Of a stretch of 64,000 nucleotides of DNA, positions 1 through 13,214 are shown piece after piece. Below the pieces are notes generated by a model, which made no database searches, was not told the origin of the DNA, and saw nothing but the letters and a program-made list of their open reading frames with translations. Source of the DNA: Phyllosticta citribraziliensis (Eukaryota); the NCBI RefSeq assembly GCF_038025025.1, contig NW_027117346.1, positions 1,116,001 through 1,180,000 on the forward strand. Direction: 5' to 3'. The position numbers and the translations under genes were made by a program. The stretch's first letter is position 1. Each line of letters begins with the position of its first letter.

Positions 1-1116
1 GTCGCTCTTGTGTCATATGCTACTTGGGCACGAAAAGATACTGGTACGGCCGATGCGCTCCATGTGTTCTTGAACAAGACTCCTCCCGGCGAAAACGACA
101 TCGAAGTCCTGAACACCGCCATTGAGCATGATCTTCCCGAGGTCTGCAAACGTTTTGCACACCTCACCAATCACCTCGACAGACACGGCTGGCCTCCGCT
201 GGTGCTTGCAAAACAAAGAGAAAGAGAACGTATCTACGAAATGCTGTTCAAGAACTCAGACACAAAATGTTTACAAAAGTCAAACCAAGCGAATTGCCTC
301 CGGAGTCCTCAGTTCCCCAGTTCTTGGAACAGAGACAGTGCAAGAGGTCTTTTGTCTGTGGCTAATAATGGTGTGACTATTTCTGGGGCCCTAGGTAAGT
401 CCAATGAAATACTCCAAGGCTATCCTCGAGCATACATCACTAAGATTGACAGATGGCAAAGGCGAAAACGGACCCAAGGCCGATCCAGTGGTCAGAGGAA
501 ACCATCCCATACCCCCAGGACAGCGGTTCTATTTTGAAATCAAAATCGACGAGCTCTTTGGACAAAAATATCATAAAAGGTAAGCAGCACTTCCTCAGAT
601 TGACGTGCCAGGTCAAAACAGAGATGCTAATCATGTTGCGAGGCAGAGAAATTGACATCGGGTACTGTTCGCAAACATCGATACTGCGAAGATCTCTCGA
701 ATCAAGGCGAGACGGCGAACGTGTCCCATCCTGGGAGTATCCGTCTTACAGTGACAAAGCTTGCGCATTTCGCCACGGTTATCAGCGTTTAGAGGCGCTC
801 AGCACCTATTTTACCTGCGGTGATGTTTTAGGGGCTGGGATCGACTGTGCTGCCAAGAAAAGCTGGTTCACGAGGAACGGGGAGCGCTTGGGTAAGCAAT
901 TCTGGACTTCCAAAAGATCCATTCTAATGCAAAAGTTTTCAACATGCTAATCAAACAGATGCCACTTTCGAACGCAGTTGTATGAGAGGGAAGCTCTTTC
1001 CCATCATTCAGATGGTCAATGTTGGCGTCAAGATCACTGCAAACTTTGGGACGCCGGGATCGCCGCCGTTCAAGTACAAGTGGGAAGATTACCTTCAAAC
1101 CAAGGAGCAAGGCTAG
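1..1116 (+). CDS. 3' end of an ankyrin-repeat + SPRY (B30.2) domain protein (5'-truncated by the window)
   Basis: Ankyrin-like DRHGWPPLVLA in the first exon. Splicing introns 395-452, 580-646 and 892-958 (GTAAG..CAG) gives the SPRY motifs VRGNHPIP..RFYFEIKI, IDIGY, GDVLGAGID..WFTRNGERL and LFPII..ITANFG, with TAG at 1114-1116. Confidence 0.8.
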
Positions 1117-1520
1117 ATAGCAGAAGTCGTGGCATGCAGTACCCCTCGAAAGCTCCCTTTTTCCATCCGCCACAGAGCTTCAATGCTTCCAAATCCCTTG
1201 ATGATGAGGTGATTTGAACGGTCCCAATTGAGCCGATGAATCAGAATCTTGAATGTCCTCCGTTCACTTTTTTTTGGCTTGTGCGTGCCACCCTGGCTCG
1301 TATGCGGCAACTCCGAAGTGCAGTGCAGCATCTGTCTGGAACAAAGTCTTCCACAGTTCATGTCCCCTTGCAGCAACTTCAAGTGTAGCAAATAACGTGC
1401 TCGGCCATGCAAGATGTTTAGTATGGGCGGCGAAGAATGAAAAATAAAGTCCATTTTCTTGCTTGGAAATTGACTTGTGGGGTATCTTTTAGACTAAGAC
1501 GAACGACTTCCGCCGACAGC

Positions 1521-2877
1521 TTATCCAGAGGAAAATTTTCTTGCCAGCCAGTTGCTTCCATTCTCCATGTAGTCTTCCCTGGTCACGGCCAAGCTCTTCA
1601 ACAGGTCTGTGTTCTGCGCTAGCTTCACACCGCCAAGCCATGTATACGTGATGGGATCGTCTGGCCGTCTGATTCTCAAAGGCCACTCTCCAGGCATAAT
1701 GCTCCTCAACTCTGCCTCCAACTTCTCCATAAAGCCAGGTATCAGGGAGTTTCCACCGACAACTACGACGTTGGCTAACATAGCTGGCCAAAGCCCTTCT
1801 GGCAGTTGCTGGAGGCACTGAAGTATTGCCTCTGGGATGCCAGGTTCCTGGAGCCCAACATCCAGCGGATTGAACAGCAGCTCTGGGACCGCAAAGCGCT
1901 CATTTCCCAGTGGCAGAATGTCTTCCTTTGGCCCGCCCGACATTCCCAGTCGTTTTGCTTTTGCTGCTGCCGAGGGATCATGAGGGCGCGCATATCCACG
2001 TTGTCTGTCGGTGTAGTCGGGGAGGATGTAGTCGACAACGACGGATGTGTCGACGGGTTTATTTGCGCGCGTCCAGGTGCGTTCGAGGTCGACGGCAAAC
2101 TGCGACGAAACGAAGCAAACGTCCTCCTTGATCTCGTTGACGAGATGTGTTTCGTCCATGAAGTTCAAATGACGCAGAGAGATGAGTTCCTTCATGTAGT
2201 TTGTCAAGAACTTCCCACCGACCGAGAGACGGCGAATGGCCGAGTGAAACGGACGGCCTTTGTGGAGCGGTGTGATGGTTGTATGGCTGTAGCCAGAGTC
2301 GACGAGTAGGAGGTATTCGGTAGGTGGAAATTGTGACGGGGAGACGGAATCCGAGAATAATGAGGGTATGTCGTTGTAGGTGTTGAGGGAGGGTCCCAGG
2401 ATACGTAGGTACGACGCGAATTCGTACTCTTCAAAGATCATCTGGTCGCAGTTTGCTTGCAGGGCAGCCGGCGAATTCGGCGCCTCAGTGAGAATGAGAT
2501 TTGTGTCGGACGGATCGCACTTTACGGTCAGCCTCTTCCTGACTTGTGTGTACTGGGCTCAGCTCTACCTTGAGCTTCGCGTCGTCTCCAAAGAATTCAT
2601 GTTCCCATACTGCCTTTTCACCTTCCCAGTTCACGACATATCCCTTCTCCACAGGCCTACGAAAGGCCATCTCTCCAAAGTCTTTGCATCCATCTAGTTG
2701 AGAGCCGATCCAGACGCGTCGGTCTCGCGCGCGTGCGATGCAATTGGGCGTAATGCGGCATTGGGAGGGGTCGGCGTGTTCTGTTGCAAATCCGGCCTTA
2801 ATGTTGTAGGCGCCGTTGTCAATGACCAATGTCTGCGACGGGAAGGATGGTTTGGATGGTCTGGAGCCACGGGGCAT
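1521..2877 (-). CDS. ARP6: Actin-related protein 6 (SWR1 complex)
   Basis: TLVIDNGAYNIKAGF, RRPVEKGYVVNW, LLLVDSGYSHT, LGNERFAVPELLFNP, DPITYTWLGG. One intron, 2568-2520, joins the two ORFs in frame. Confidence 0.93.
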
Positions 2878-5006
2878 CGTGTGCTGCCTGGAAGGAAGAT
2901 GTGAAGATCAAACTCGGCGGTGCGACGCGTCCGTGGTGACGTAGGCTGGGAAAATTGATGGCGGGGAAGGCTCGGATCTTGCCCTGCCCGTGGTCAACAA
3001 CCACTCCACCCCGTCTTCCATGAACTGGTCTCGACCCTCCACCTTTTCGCAGCTTTTCGCGCTCTGCTGGTTGCTTCGAAAGCTGTACGACCCAGCTGAC
3101 GGGATTTTGACTCCGCGTCTTACAACATTATCGGAAAACTCCAAACTGATGCCCGAATCCCGAGCGCGCCTGATGGAGGCTCACACCGATTTGTTGAACG
3201 CTCTGACAAGGTCTCGAGGATTGTCCGAAGGGTACGAAGCAACACAATGCAGGACCAGAAGCCAATCTCACCAAGTGTCCATACCAAGCCGTGCCTGCTC
3301 TTCAGATTGACCGACTCCGGTGGACCAAAAAGAGTTTGATCTAGCAAGCCAATTTTTAACCAGCACAACGCTCAACAATGAAAAGACGCTTATGTATCTG
3401 AAAATATCTACAATCTCAGATCATAGCCTAGAGATCCGGTGCCACTCTACGGTCCGTTCTGGATTCACTGGTTACTGGCGCTTGTAAGATGCACAATGTT
3501 GGCAGGAACTTGGCGGACTTCTTACTGCTTACACGTCGGCAAGGAGTTGTCACCCACGCTGTTTGAAGCGTCAAAAGCCACTGTCAAGGGATCAGCCGCT
3601 TTTCTTACTGTACTTGCAGGTAACTCACACAGATGAAGAGTTGGCATTCACACGTCCAGGGAGCGAAGTTCTCTGCAAGGTACAACAAGACCGGGTAAGC
3701 GAATGCAAACGTCTCAGCTTGATTCAGTCATAACCGGACCTGCAAAATGGCGGATCAGACGGGCTGACCCCCGCCGCTCCGGTTCAATGTTGAAGGCTGG
3801 TCGTCACCGAAGACGCCGTCTCTACAAGGCGTGAACTACCTCCATGCCAAATTTTCGTCAGTCGGCTGACGAGTGGATGCAGCTAGGATGGATCAGACAC
3901 GCCAATTAAGCCTGCATGTACTTCTGCAGCCTTGGCAGTCCCTGAGTGCTTCATTTGCAAGCCCGCCACAACTTTTTGCCTTGAATCCTCGAATTGGACG
4001 TCACGCAGCAACACCCTGCATACACTCAAACGCCGCGACGCGTGTGCACCGAGCAGCCGTTTTTCCGGCACTGACCAACGGCTTTGGCATCTCGAGACAC
4101 GGTGGCAGGTGGTGGATGTCACGTAATCCTACAACTTGGCCGGATTTCAACGTGGACTTTCAATATCGGGACTCATGTCAGACGGTCCACGCTCACGTCC
4201 GGCAATTCAGGCGCTCTTGACATTTTCGTGATGCAGGGACCGCTGACGACTCCAGTTCTGCGCAAATACACTGTGACGCAATGTTGGAAGATGTCGAAAT
4301 GTCAAACATCCTTAGAGGCAGGCCTGTCGAGCGGGAGTCGTCCAGTCAAAAGCCGCGTATCTCTGACTTCGATTTTTGCTCCGCATAGGCTATGCCTGAA
4401 GGAGAGCTAGGCTGTCCAAGAAGAGGAAAGGTAGGAGGATCGCGACAACTTCTGGCGCAGTGGCACCGGGTGGCGCCGTCGCTTGCCGCTAATGCGGTTT
4501 ACGTGAAAATGGCACATTGGCACCAGGAAATCGCGGTACGCAGCTTGGCCATCCAAGACTTGCACTGTCGGTCCTCTGAATTACCAGTCCGGCATTCTGG
4601 CGAAGCTATAAGCGTGGGCGCTGATCATGAGGCTAGCTGACCTAGAGACGACAAAGCCCTTGATACTGCATGTTCGCAGCGCCCGAAAGCTGATCGTCTT
4701 TTTTTCAAGATGCTGAACGAATCGAGATCCTTCAGAAGCTTACCCGAATCTCACAAGACCGGCATTAGAGACTACAGCGAGGTCGACGGAGTGGACCCCT
4801 AGTCACATTCTGACGGCATCCGCAGACAGCGGGATCTTCGCAACCGTCTTATTTTTTCCTTGGTCAGAAACACTTTCAAATGGCTGGTAGCCATGTGGAC
4901 GAAGCCTATATCAACAGCCGCATCTCAGATCCACTAGCTCCCCAGCGTCTCCCTCCTCAAGGGCTCTCAGACCCTCGTTTGAAGCTGCCTCTAATCCAAG
5001 TCATTC

Positions 5007-6728
5007 ATGGCTCTCTTGCAAAATATTTTCCCTTTCCTCTTATTCGCCGTCATTAGTGGCGCCCTTTTCCTTGTCTATAACCAATCAGTGCTATATCTCC
5101 ATCGGCGAAAGGTCATCCGCGAGAATGGTTGCGAGCCTCCAACTGCGGCCAAACTCTTGGACCCTGTCCTCGGAATCGACAACATAATTACACTGGCCCG
5201 CGAGTCTCGCAATCACAACCTACTCGGACACATCTCGAATCGCTTCAAACAATATGGCCAAACGTACTCAACACTCCGTCTAGGTACGCCACTCATCATG
5301 ACCAATGAGCCTGCAAATCTGCAAGCAGTGCTGGCGACACGCTTCAAGGACTTCGCACTGGGCCCGTTCCGACAGCCGGCAATGGGCCACTTTTTGGGAA
5401 AAGGAATCTTCACGACGGACGGAGCGCACTGGGCGGCATCGCGCGCCATGATTCGGCCTAACTTTGCACGAGATCAGGTTGCAGACCTGGCGATGCTGGA
5501 GAGCCACGTGCAGGACCTCCTAGCGGTGTTGCCGCGCGACGGGCATACCGAAGTTGACCTGCAAGAGCTCTTCTTCCGGCTGACAATCGACTCTGCCACG
5601 GCTTTCCTCTTTGGCAAGAGCGCCGATACGCTCAAGGAGAAGCTGTACAGCAATGATCCGGCCATGACGCGACAGGGTGCCAAGTTTGCGGCGGCGTTCG
5701 CGGCGGCGCAAGAGGAGTGTCTGAGTTTCGTTCAGATGGGCCCGTTGGCTGCACTCTTGAAATGCAAAGCGAAGGTTGGCGACGGCGAACTGGCTGTCGA
5801 CGTTGTGCATAGCTACGTGGACCAGTTTGTCGACGAAGCCGTTCGCTACCGCCAATCCCTGGACGAGAAACAGCATGCCTTTGGCGCCGCGGACAGCCCC
5901 AAGGAAGACAAGTACGTCTTCTTGCACGAGCTGGCCAAGCAGACGACGGATAAGCGGCGCATCCGCGACGAGTTGCTCAACGTGCTGCTTGCCGGACGTG
6001 ACACGACTGCATCGCTGTTGGGAAACCTGTTCTTTGTGCTCGCGCGCCGCCCCGACGTCTGGGCCAAGCTGAAGCAGGAGATTGCCGTGCTGGATGGCAG
6101 AACGCCGACATACGAAGAGCTGCGTGGTTTCCGATACCTCAAGTGGTGTTTGAACGAATGTACGTTACCCCCTGACCAACCCCTCCCTATCTACCCCTTT
6201 CCCTGTTCATAGAGCTCTCACTAAAGCACCAACCACCCCTTTCGAACACACAACTCAAGATTGAGAAAACAAACTAACCCCTCCACAGCCCTTCGCATCC
6301 ATCCCGTCGTCCCAATCAACACGCGCCTTGCCACCGCCGACACAATGCTGCCCGTCGGCGGCGGGCCCAGTGGCACATCTCCCATCTTCGTCAAGCGCGG
6401 CACCGCCGTCGTCTACTGCCCCTTCACCCTGCACCGCCGCCGCGACGTGTGGGGCGCGGATGCCGACGTGTTCCGCCCCGAACGTTGGGAGGGCCTCAAG
6501 GTCGGCTGGGAATATCTACCTTTCAACGGCGGTCCGCGCATCTGCGTCGGCCAGCAATACGCGCTGACCGAGGCCGGCTACGCGACGGTGAGGATGGTGC
6601 AGGAGTTTGAGGCGCTAGAGGGCTGTCGGGGGGAGGAGTGGCATGAGTTGGTGACGTTGACGCTTTGTGGCAAAGGTGGGTGCTGGGTAAAGCTTAGGGG
6701 GTTGGGCGTCGGCGAGCCGAGGGCGTAG
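5007..6728 (+). CDS. Cytochrome P450, CYP52 clan (alkane/fatty-acid hydroxylase-like)
   Basis: N-terminal TM anchor, GIFTTDG, I-helix LLAGRDTT (CYP52-type), ESLR across intron 6160-6288, PERW and heme motif PFNGGPRICVG. Confidence 0.92.
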
Positions 6729-7299
6729 AGTGGATGCCTTGATGGGTGGCGCAGACGGGCAGTCCGTGGACAAGGAAAGTCTTTGGATTGAGCGCTGACG
6801 CAGGCGGATTTAGCTATGTGGTGGAGGGAGGGAGTGAGGCAGGCAAGGACAAAGGTTAGCGAGTGAGGCATTTTTCGTTCGATGAGGCAAAGCTTCTGCT
6901 GCTGCGTTTGGTTGAGCGTTTGTTGCGCCGATCAGGCTTTCTCGACAGGCATGGAAAACAAACGGCTTGAAGCAGACGGCGCGGGTCTGGCAAATCGAGG
7001 CAAGAGGAGGAAAGCGACGGTTTGTGATTGGCAAGGAATCGTCCTGTATGGATGGTATGAGCATGCGTCTCAAACTTGGTAGTTTCTGTAAAATGTAGTT
7101 GAGATTCAGTCTACAGGATGATTGCAACTCGTGCATGTTTGACGTTGCCAAAGGCGAAACCAATCAACGAAATAGGCCATGGCCTTCTCGCCTGATTGTT
7201 CTGAAGCAACCAGTCATCCATCCACTGCCATTCCTTTGCTTTCCTCCGATTACCCGTCGAGTCATTTGCTCTTAGTCGAGTGCATTTTCCCACCGTCGT

Positions 7300-7982
7300 C
7301 TACAACACTGCAGCCGCCAGCCCCACAACGCCTGCGATTCCCATGAACGCTGAACCTGCATCCACCGCTGCAGCGGCATTCGATGGCGTCGCCGTCGACG
7401 TGCCGGAGCGCGAAGACGAGTGGGTCGACGTCGAATTAGCGGCGGCAGCGTCGTTCTTGAGCGTGCCGGTTGCGGTGGTGCTGGCAGTGGCAGCGCCGAC
7501 GGAACCGCCCGAAGACGACTCGTTGAAGCCAGGCACCGTGTTGCAAAACTCTGAGGCTTGCTCGGGGATTTCTGGCAAGAAGGTTAGTTTAGTGTTTGGG
7601 ATAGGGTTCAGCTGGTGAGGGAACGGGAACGGGACTAGACGATTCTAGGGGCCTAGACGGCAAAAGTAAAGAGCCCGGGGTGACCATGGTGAAAAGACAA
7701 AACTATGGGGCTGTAGGGGAATGGCGGGTGCTTACGCGCAATCTGAGTCTCGGAGCAGGTACCCGGGTGGTTGGAGAGGTACTCGGTGATGTAGTTGTCG
7801 TACCAGTCCTTGCCGGTCGTGCAGACGCAGAGGAAGTCCGTGGTTTGACATGGCCGGTCTGACGACGAGCTAGCGGCTTCGAACGCTCCGGACGCGCATG
7901 AGTCTTCGAGGATTTTCAGGTCCTGGGCCATGGCCGTCGCAGCCAGTAGCGTGACCGAAAGGAGGGAGAGCGTGTACTTCAT
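7300..7982 (-). CDS. Secreted, GPI-anchored CFEM-like protein
   Basis: Signal peptide MKYTLSLLSVTLLAATAMA, CFEM core CQTTDFLCVC, intron 7735-7572, Ser/Thr-rich stalk and hydrophobic C-terminal GPI signal (SAFMGIAGVVGLAAAVL). Confidence 0.8.
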
Positions 7983-9253
7983 TGTAGAGGAGATCTGTGA
8001 TTGAGGTGGATCGAGTCTGGATGGGACATTTCGAATGCATGGCGACGAGACAGTTAAGAGCTCTCGCAGAGCTGGTCAACAATGGAACGCAGGGAGGAAT
8101 TCACAGCTGAGCAGATGGAGTACTGGACGAGCTAGAGCCGCGCCCCCAATGAACCAATAACTCTGAGCATTCAATTGATTTTTTCCACCCATCGCAGAAG
8201 GAGCATGGAGCAGGCTGATCCAGACCGTGGAGTTTCGCAGTCCAAGGGTGCTGCTGGAGGCGTCCCGGCGCTAACGTCGAATATTCGTGGCAAAAGCGGT
8301 CCTTTTCAGGGACGGTCATGAAGAAGAGTAGTCCCTGAACAGGGACAGGGCAGGTTATAGTCCACATGCGGAAATCAGCCCTGGGGAGAGGCATCAGCAC
8401 TGGCGTTTGCGGCATAAAGCACGTGGTAAGGTTAAAAGTCGAGACGCGACTTGGGGGGATTTTTGACGGAGCGCATGGATCAGTTGGCTCTATCAGCCGC
8501 GGGGAATTTCTTTGATGTTTAAGTGGAGCCAGTTGTTGATAGGGCGGGCGATGGCGATGGCCGGGGGCCCGCGATGGATCTGGTGTCGTGGTTCCTGTTA
8601 GAGGCGCTCGACTTGCGGACTGGACGACTGACGGCGCAGGAAGATGGTGTTGTCGACTGGTGCCGTCGTCGGGTCGGGTGTGCATGGTGCATGGTGGGAA
8701 GCGGGGGATCCGGAGAGGTAAGCAGACGATCGGGACAGAGGGAACGGAAGGCGGTGACAGCAGCCATGGTGTCAGAGGTCAGAGGTGGTGACTTCACCAC
8801 GGGAGTGCTGAGAGAGGCGCATGGCATTGGCATGCAATCGACAGAGGCGGAGTGGTTTTGCAATTGAGTCTCGAGGCCAATAGCGTCGCAGTCTCGTACG
8901 AAGTGCTGGAGTAGTGGGACGACGCGCGCCAGAAGAGTCGACGTGATGCGACGCCAAGCGAAGCGGAGCTCCCTCAGTCTTGTCTCTGCTCTGCTCTGCT
9001 CTGCTCTGCTCTGCTCTCACCCTCCCCCCATCTCTGCCGTCCTTCGTCCCAGTCCGCCGCCATGTCGCCCGTCAGTTGAAAACTTGTTCGTCTGCTTATC
9101 CACGGCCCTCTCCGCCCAAGGCAAGGCTCGCCAATCCCGCCTCGCCATGCTGACCTGATATTTCTTCCTCTTTGTTCGGTCGTGCCGTGACTGAAATTCC
9201 ATGACGCCCGCTCCGTCCTCGTCCTCGTCCTCGTCCTCGCACTCTAATCAACC

Positions 9254-11313
9254 ATGGCCGCGCCAACTCTGCTGCTGCTCTGCCGCCTCGCCCTGGTCAG
9301 CCTCATGGCCGCACCGCTGGCTTCCGCCGCGACCGTGACACCCTCCAACACCACCGACGCCTCTGCCGAAGACGATGGCATTGTGCTGCTGGTCAGCCAC
9401 GGAGAAGGCATGGTGCCCGCATCCACCGTCGCACCCTTGACCTCCGTCGCGGCCAACGGTCTCGAAGTACGTACATGATAGCAAAACTCTATTAACCCTT
9501 CGCATCTTCTAAGCTTTTGCCTACCCCACAGCCACCAGGACGGACCGGGGAGCTATTCCTTGCAACCGACAGTACCGCCCAAAACGTTAATAGTTCAAAC
9601 ATTGCCTATATCAACTGTGAACCCTCTGCCTACGCGGGCAACATTGCCGCCTCGGATGTGCTAAGCACAGTCATCGAAAAGGGCGTCGCCGGTGCCCTCT
9701 TCTTCAGTCCTTCCGCCGCCTACTGCAACGTTACCGGCATCGACAGTACTACCGCCTACGTTTATTCCATGACCGACGCGAGTGTCGCAAGGAGCGTACT
9801 TTCCGACCTCGAAAACACCACAAACAACCTCAAGTACTTTGCTACCATCCAGCCGCGCTCGGATGTAAACAATACCGACAACATGAGCGGCAACAATACC
9901 ACAACCTCCGACTATTCCGGGTCGAGCAATCCGCTCGGCCCCTCACCGTCCACGGCTGTCGCCATGATTATCTTGTACAGCATCACCGGAGTCATCACGG
10001 CGCTATTCCTCATTATAATCATCACTGGCGCTTTGCGCGCACACCGTCATCCCGAGCGGTACGGCGCCGGAGTCGTGCTTGGTGGAAACCGCGAAGGCCA
10101 GCGACAGACACGCGTGCGCGGACTGGCGCGGGCCATGCTGGAAACGATACCCATCGTCAAGTTTGGCGAGCAGCAAGGGAACCAGCAAAACAAGCGTGAG
10201 GATGTGGAGATGGGCGAGGCAAGAACAAGACGCAGCAATGAGGCGCTCCGCACGAGCGAGGACAATGGTCGTCGGAGCCAGGGCACCAGGGGGTCCGAAG
10301 AACGCTCGGCCGGCGCAAATGGTAGCACAGCGGAAGCGGATGATGGCATTGCCGCGGCGACGCCCGCTGCGAGCGCGGAGAACCTGGGTAAATCGGGCGG
10401 CGACGTCTACACGGGCTGCACCATCTGTACCGACGAATTCGAGCCTGGAGAAGACATCCGCGTCCTCCCGTGCGATCACAGGTTCCACCCTGCCTGCGTC
10501 GACCCCTGGCTGCTTAATGTCAGCGGCACTTGTCCATTGTGGTATGTTGACTGATCCAATTCCCAATTTCGTGCACTGGCTGATTTGATTCGCAGTCGCA
10601 TCGACCTTCATCCTGCTTGCGAGGGCGCTACGGATAACGACCGCCCCGGCTCGGATCTAGCGCCTCCATTGTCTCCCACCGATGCTGCCGCTGCAAACAT
10701 TCCCTCGACCCATCGACATCGTCGACACACGCTCCGAAACATTTTCCACATCCGCCCAGAAACACTAGAGGAGCGGCTCGCGACGGCCCGTAGTCTCCGG
10801 CTCCACGGCTTTACAGGCGGCGACTCGGAAGACACGGCACCACCTTCGCGCAGCGAGCGTGAAGCCCAGCAGGGCGTCGCTGGCGGAGAGGAGCGGCATC
10901 GACGGCGGTTGAGCGGTCTTTTCAACCACGGTGACGATGGTAGCAGTCGGACTAGAATCATCTCGAGTATTCCTCTGCTAGGACGGAGACGGGCAGGGTC
11001 GACGCGCTCCGCAACGCCTGCCGACGCATCCGCAGGCCCAGCCGCCGCTCCAGCCGCTGTTGAAGAGCGCCGCACTGGGTCGCGCTCTGGTTCGCTGCCG
11101 CGTGCAGATACGGTCTCGAGGACTGGCACGAGTACACCGCCGCGCAACGGCAGCCCTCTCCGGAATGGGACTCCCCCGCGCAGTGGAAGTCTCCCGCGCA
11201 GCAATGGCAGCCCATCTCGCAACGAGAGTCCTCCACGTATAGCGACTCCGCCACGCGTCAGCACGCCACCGGCGCCATCATCGCGCCGAGCAAGCGACGA
11301 GCACCAGAGGTAG
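9254..11313 (+). CDS. Signal peptide / luminal domain / TM / RING-H2 E3 ubiquitin ligase (PA-TM-RING-like)
   Basis: Signal peptide, TM AMIILYSITGVITALFLIIIITGAL, RING-H2 CTIC..LPCDHRFHPAC..TCPLCR completed across intron 10542-10595. First intron is 9467-9531. Confidence 0.88.
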
Positions 11314-13214
11314 TCTCGGCGGCGACGCGGTTGCGATCTTGGGCGTGGACGAGTCGAGTAGTTGATCTTATCCCCTTTTGCGTTCATGGTTTCTCTCGAC
11401 GGCACCCCCGGCCGTTGTCTTTCACTCTCCACGTTAGCCTCTAGACGGGCACAGATTCTGTCTCCTTCGTTCTCATCTTTCTCGACACGACATGAATGGG
11501 GCATGGTCACGGCGTTGACGGCGTTTTAGCGCAATGGGCGGCATGGTGGCGGTAGCATCGTCATCATGATCATCATTTTCACTGTGAGCGCCTACCGGTC
11601 CACAGACATTTACATTGGACGGGACAGGGCAGATCAGGACCGAACAGAACGGGCGGCAGCACTGAGACTACGGCATGGCGGATTCTTCGTGATACCTATC
11701 TGTTCACCAGACGGCTGGGTCGGATGGTCATTTCTTTCTCCCAAGTCTTTTTTCATCGCTTGGATGTTTCCTCTCTCTCTTTTGCTCAATCTTTTGGCCT
11801 GTCTGCGGCATGTTTTCAATGCGCACGACGGAAGGCCCCGGGCATGCCTGGAATAGCACAGGTGGATAGACGGGATGGACACGGTCAGTGACGGTCGGAC
11901 TGAGGAACTGTGTGTGTGGCGTGGCCAAACGTACTGGCTATGGGCGTACATGCGCACGCACGGCTGAACGGCCGAGATGGAATATACCACAGTGATGAAC
12001 GTCAAAAAGAATTGAGAAGTCATTCACTACCACGGTGACGCTTAAGGAGCAGTCATCCATCGCCACAGATACTCGTAAGGAGCCGCCCGTGGTCTGTCAA
12101 TGCAGCCAAAGCCGTCGTCATCGTGCAAGTCCGTCCGTCCCGGCTAGCAAGGCACATATCAACAATTCTCCCCCTTAGTCTCCTCCCCGGATGACCATAT
12201 ATACCGCTGAAGCAACACAAATTATCGGGTGGATAGGAGCACCAAGGATGCCCACATTCATTCTTGGTGCTCCTGTCCACTCACTCAATCTTTTTGCCAA
12301 TTTCCTTTAATAAGCTAACCGCAGCGTGGAGCTTTTCCCCAAGCGATAGCAGGCGGCACCCGCATTGGGAAGTGCGCGCGGCGTGTGTTCGAGTCCGCGG
12401 GTGCGCTGTGTGTGCTTTTTTTTTGGGGTGTGTCGTTCGTGATGTATGTGTGTGTGTGTTTTTGCCGAGGGCTGGACGTGTGGGCGTGAGTGGTGGTAAA
12501 TGTGATCTGGTGGGCTGAGGTTGGGTGTGGGTAAGTAAGGGAAGTCAGAGGTCAAGTCAAATTCTGCGTCAACATCTGCGGCTCTCATTCTATCTATATT
12601 CTTCTGATTACCTGGATCTAGGCTGTGTGTCTCGACGCGTCTTCTCACCGCTGCGGCCATCAAGGCGAGTGGGAGGAGCATTCGTGCGTGGAAATGAGGT
12701 TTTAAATTAGAGTGAGCGATGGTGGTGCTCTTCAAAACTTGCTTGACCTGGTCCTTTCAGGACAGTCAGTTCGCACGCGCTTGAGCTATCAGGACATATC
12801 TTTCTCACTGGTCGTCCAGTCCTCCATGCTAGATGTAGAGTAGAGATGGAATTGCCGCAAACAAGGAGACAAAGAGAAAGACACAACGCAGGGGTTGAAA
12901 GCGAGGCAAACGGACAAGGTCGTGCGCTCAGAACAAAGAGCAGGGAGTCCCTTTGTCAGTGCTCTCTGTCAACGCCGGATTCGACCATCTTCATGCTCTC
13001 GCTGGAGGCTATGTCCTCATCATTCACTTGAGCCTCAGTGTTCAGCAGCTCTTTCTAACAAAGCACAAGGAGGGAGACGACTGTCTTTGTTGGACTTTCG
13101 TTTTCATATGTCCGCCCGACGATACATTCACTTGGTCCACAAGGCATTCTCATCCTCGCACTGCTCAAACTTTCGCATTTCTCAAGAAGATTCACCCACC
13201 GACACATCGACGCC

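Noticed and set aside
2990..3720. Short + strand ORFs with scattered donor-like sites upstream of ARP6
   Set aside because: No ATG-to-stop gene model or recognisable domain could be built.
5007..7982. CYP52 as part of a secondary-metabolite cluster
   Set aside because: No PKS, NRPS, terpene synthase, transferase or cluster regulator lies nearby in this window.
8985..9016. (CTGCT)n and other short simple repeats in intergenic DNA
   Set aside because: Ordinary microsatellites with no further structure.
12307..12770. Possible spliced small gene, lncRNA or snoRNA host on the minus strand
   Set aside because: One good acceptor and one donor, but a weak branch site for the next intron, no convincing ORF and no clear C/D boxes.
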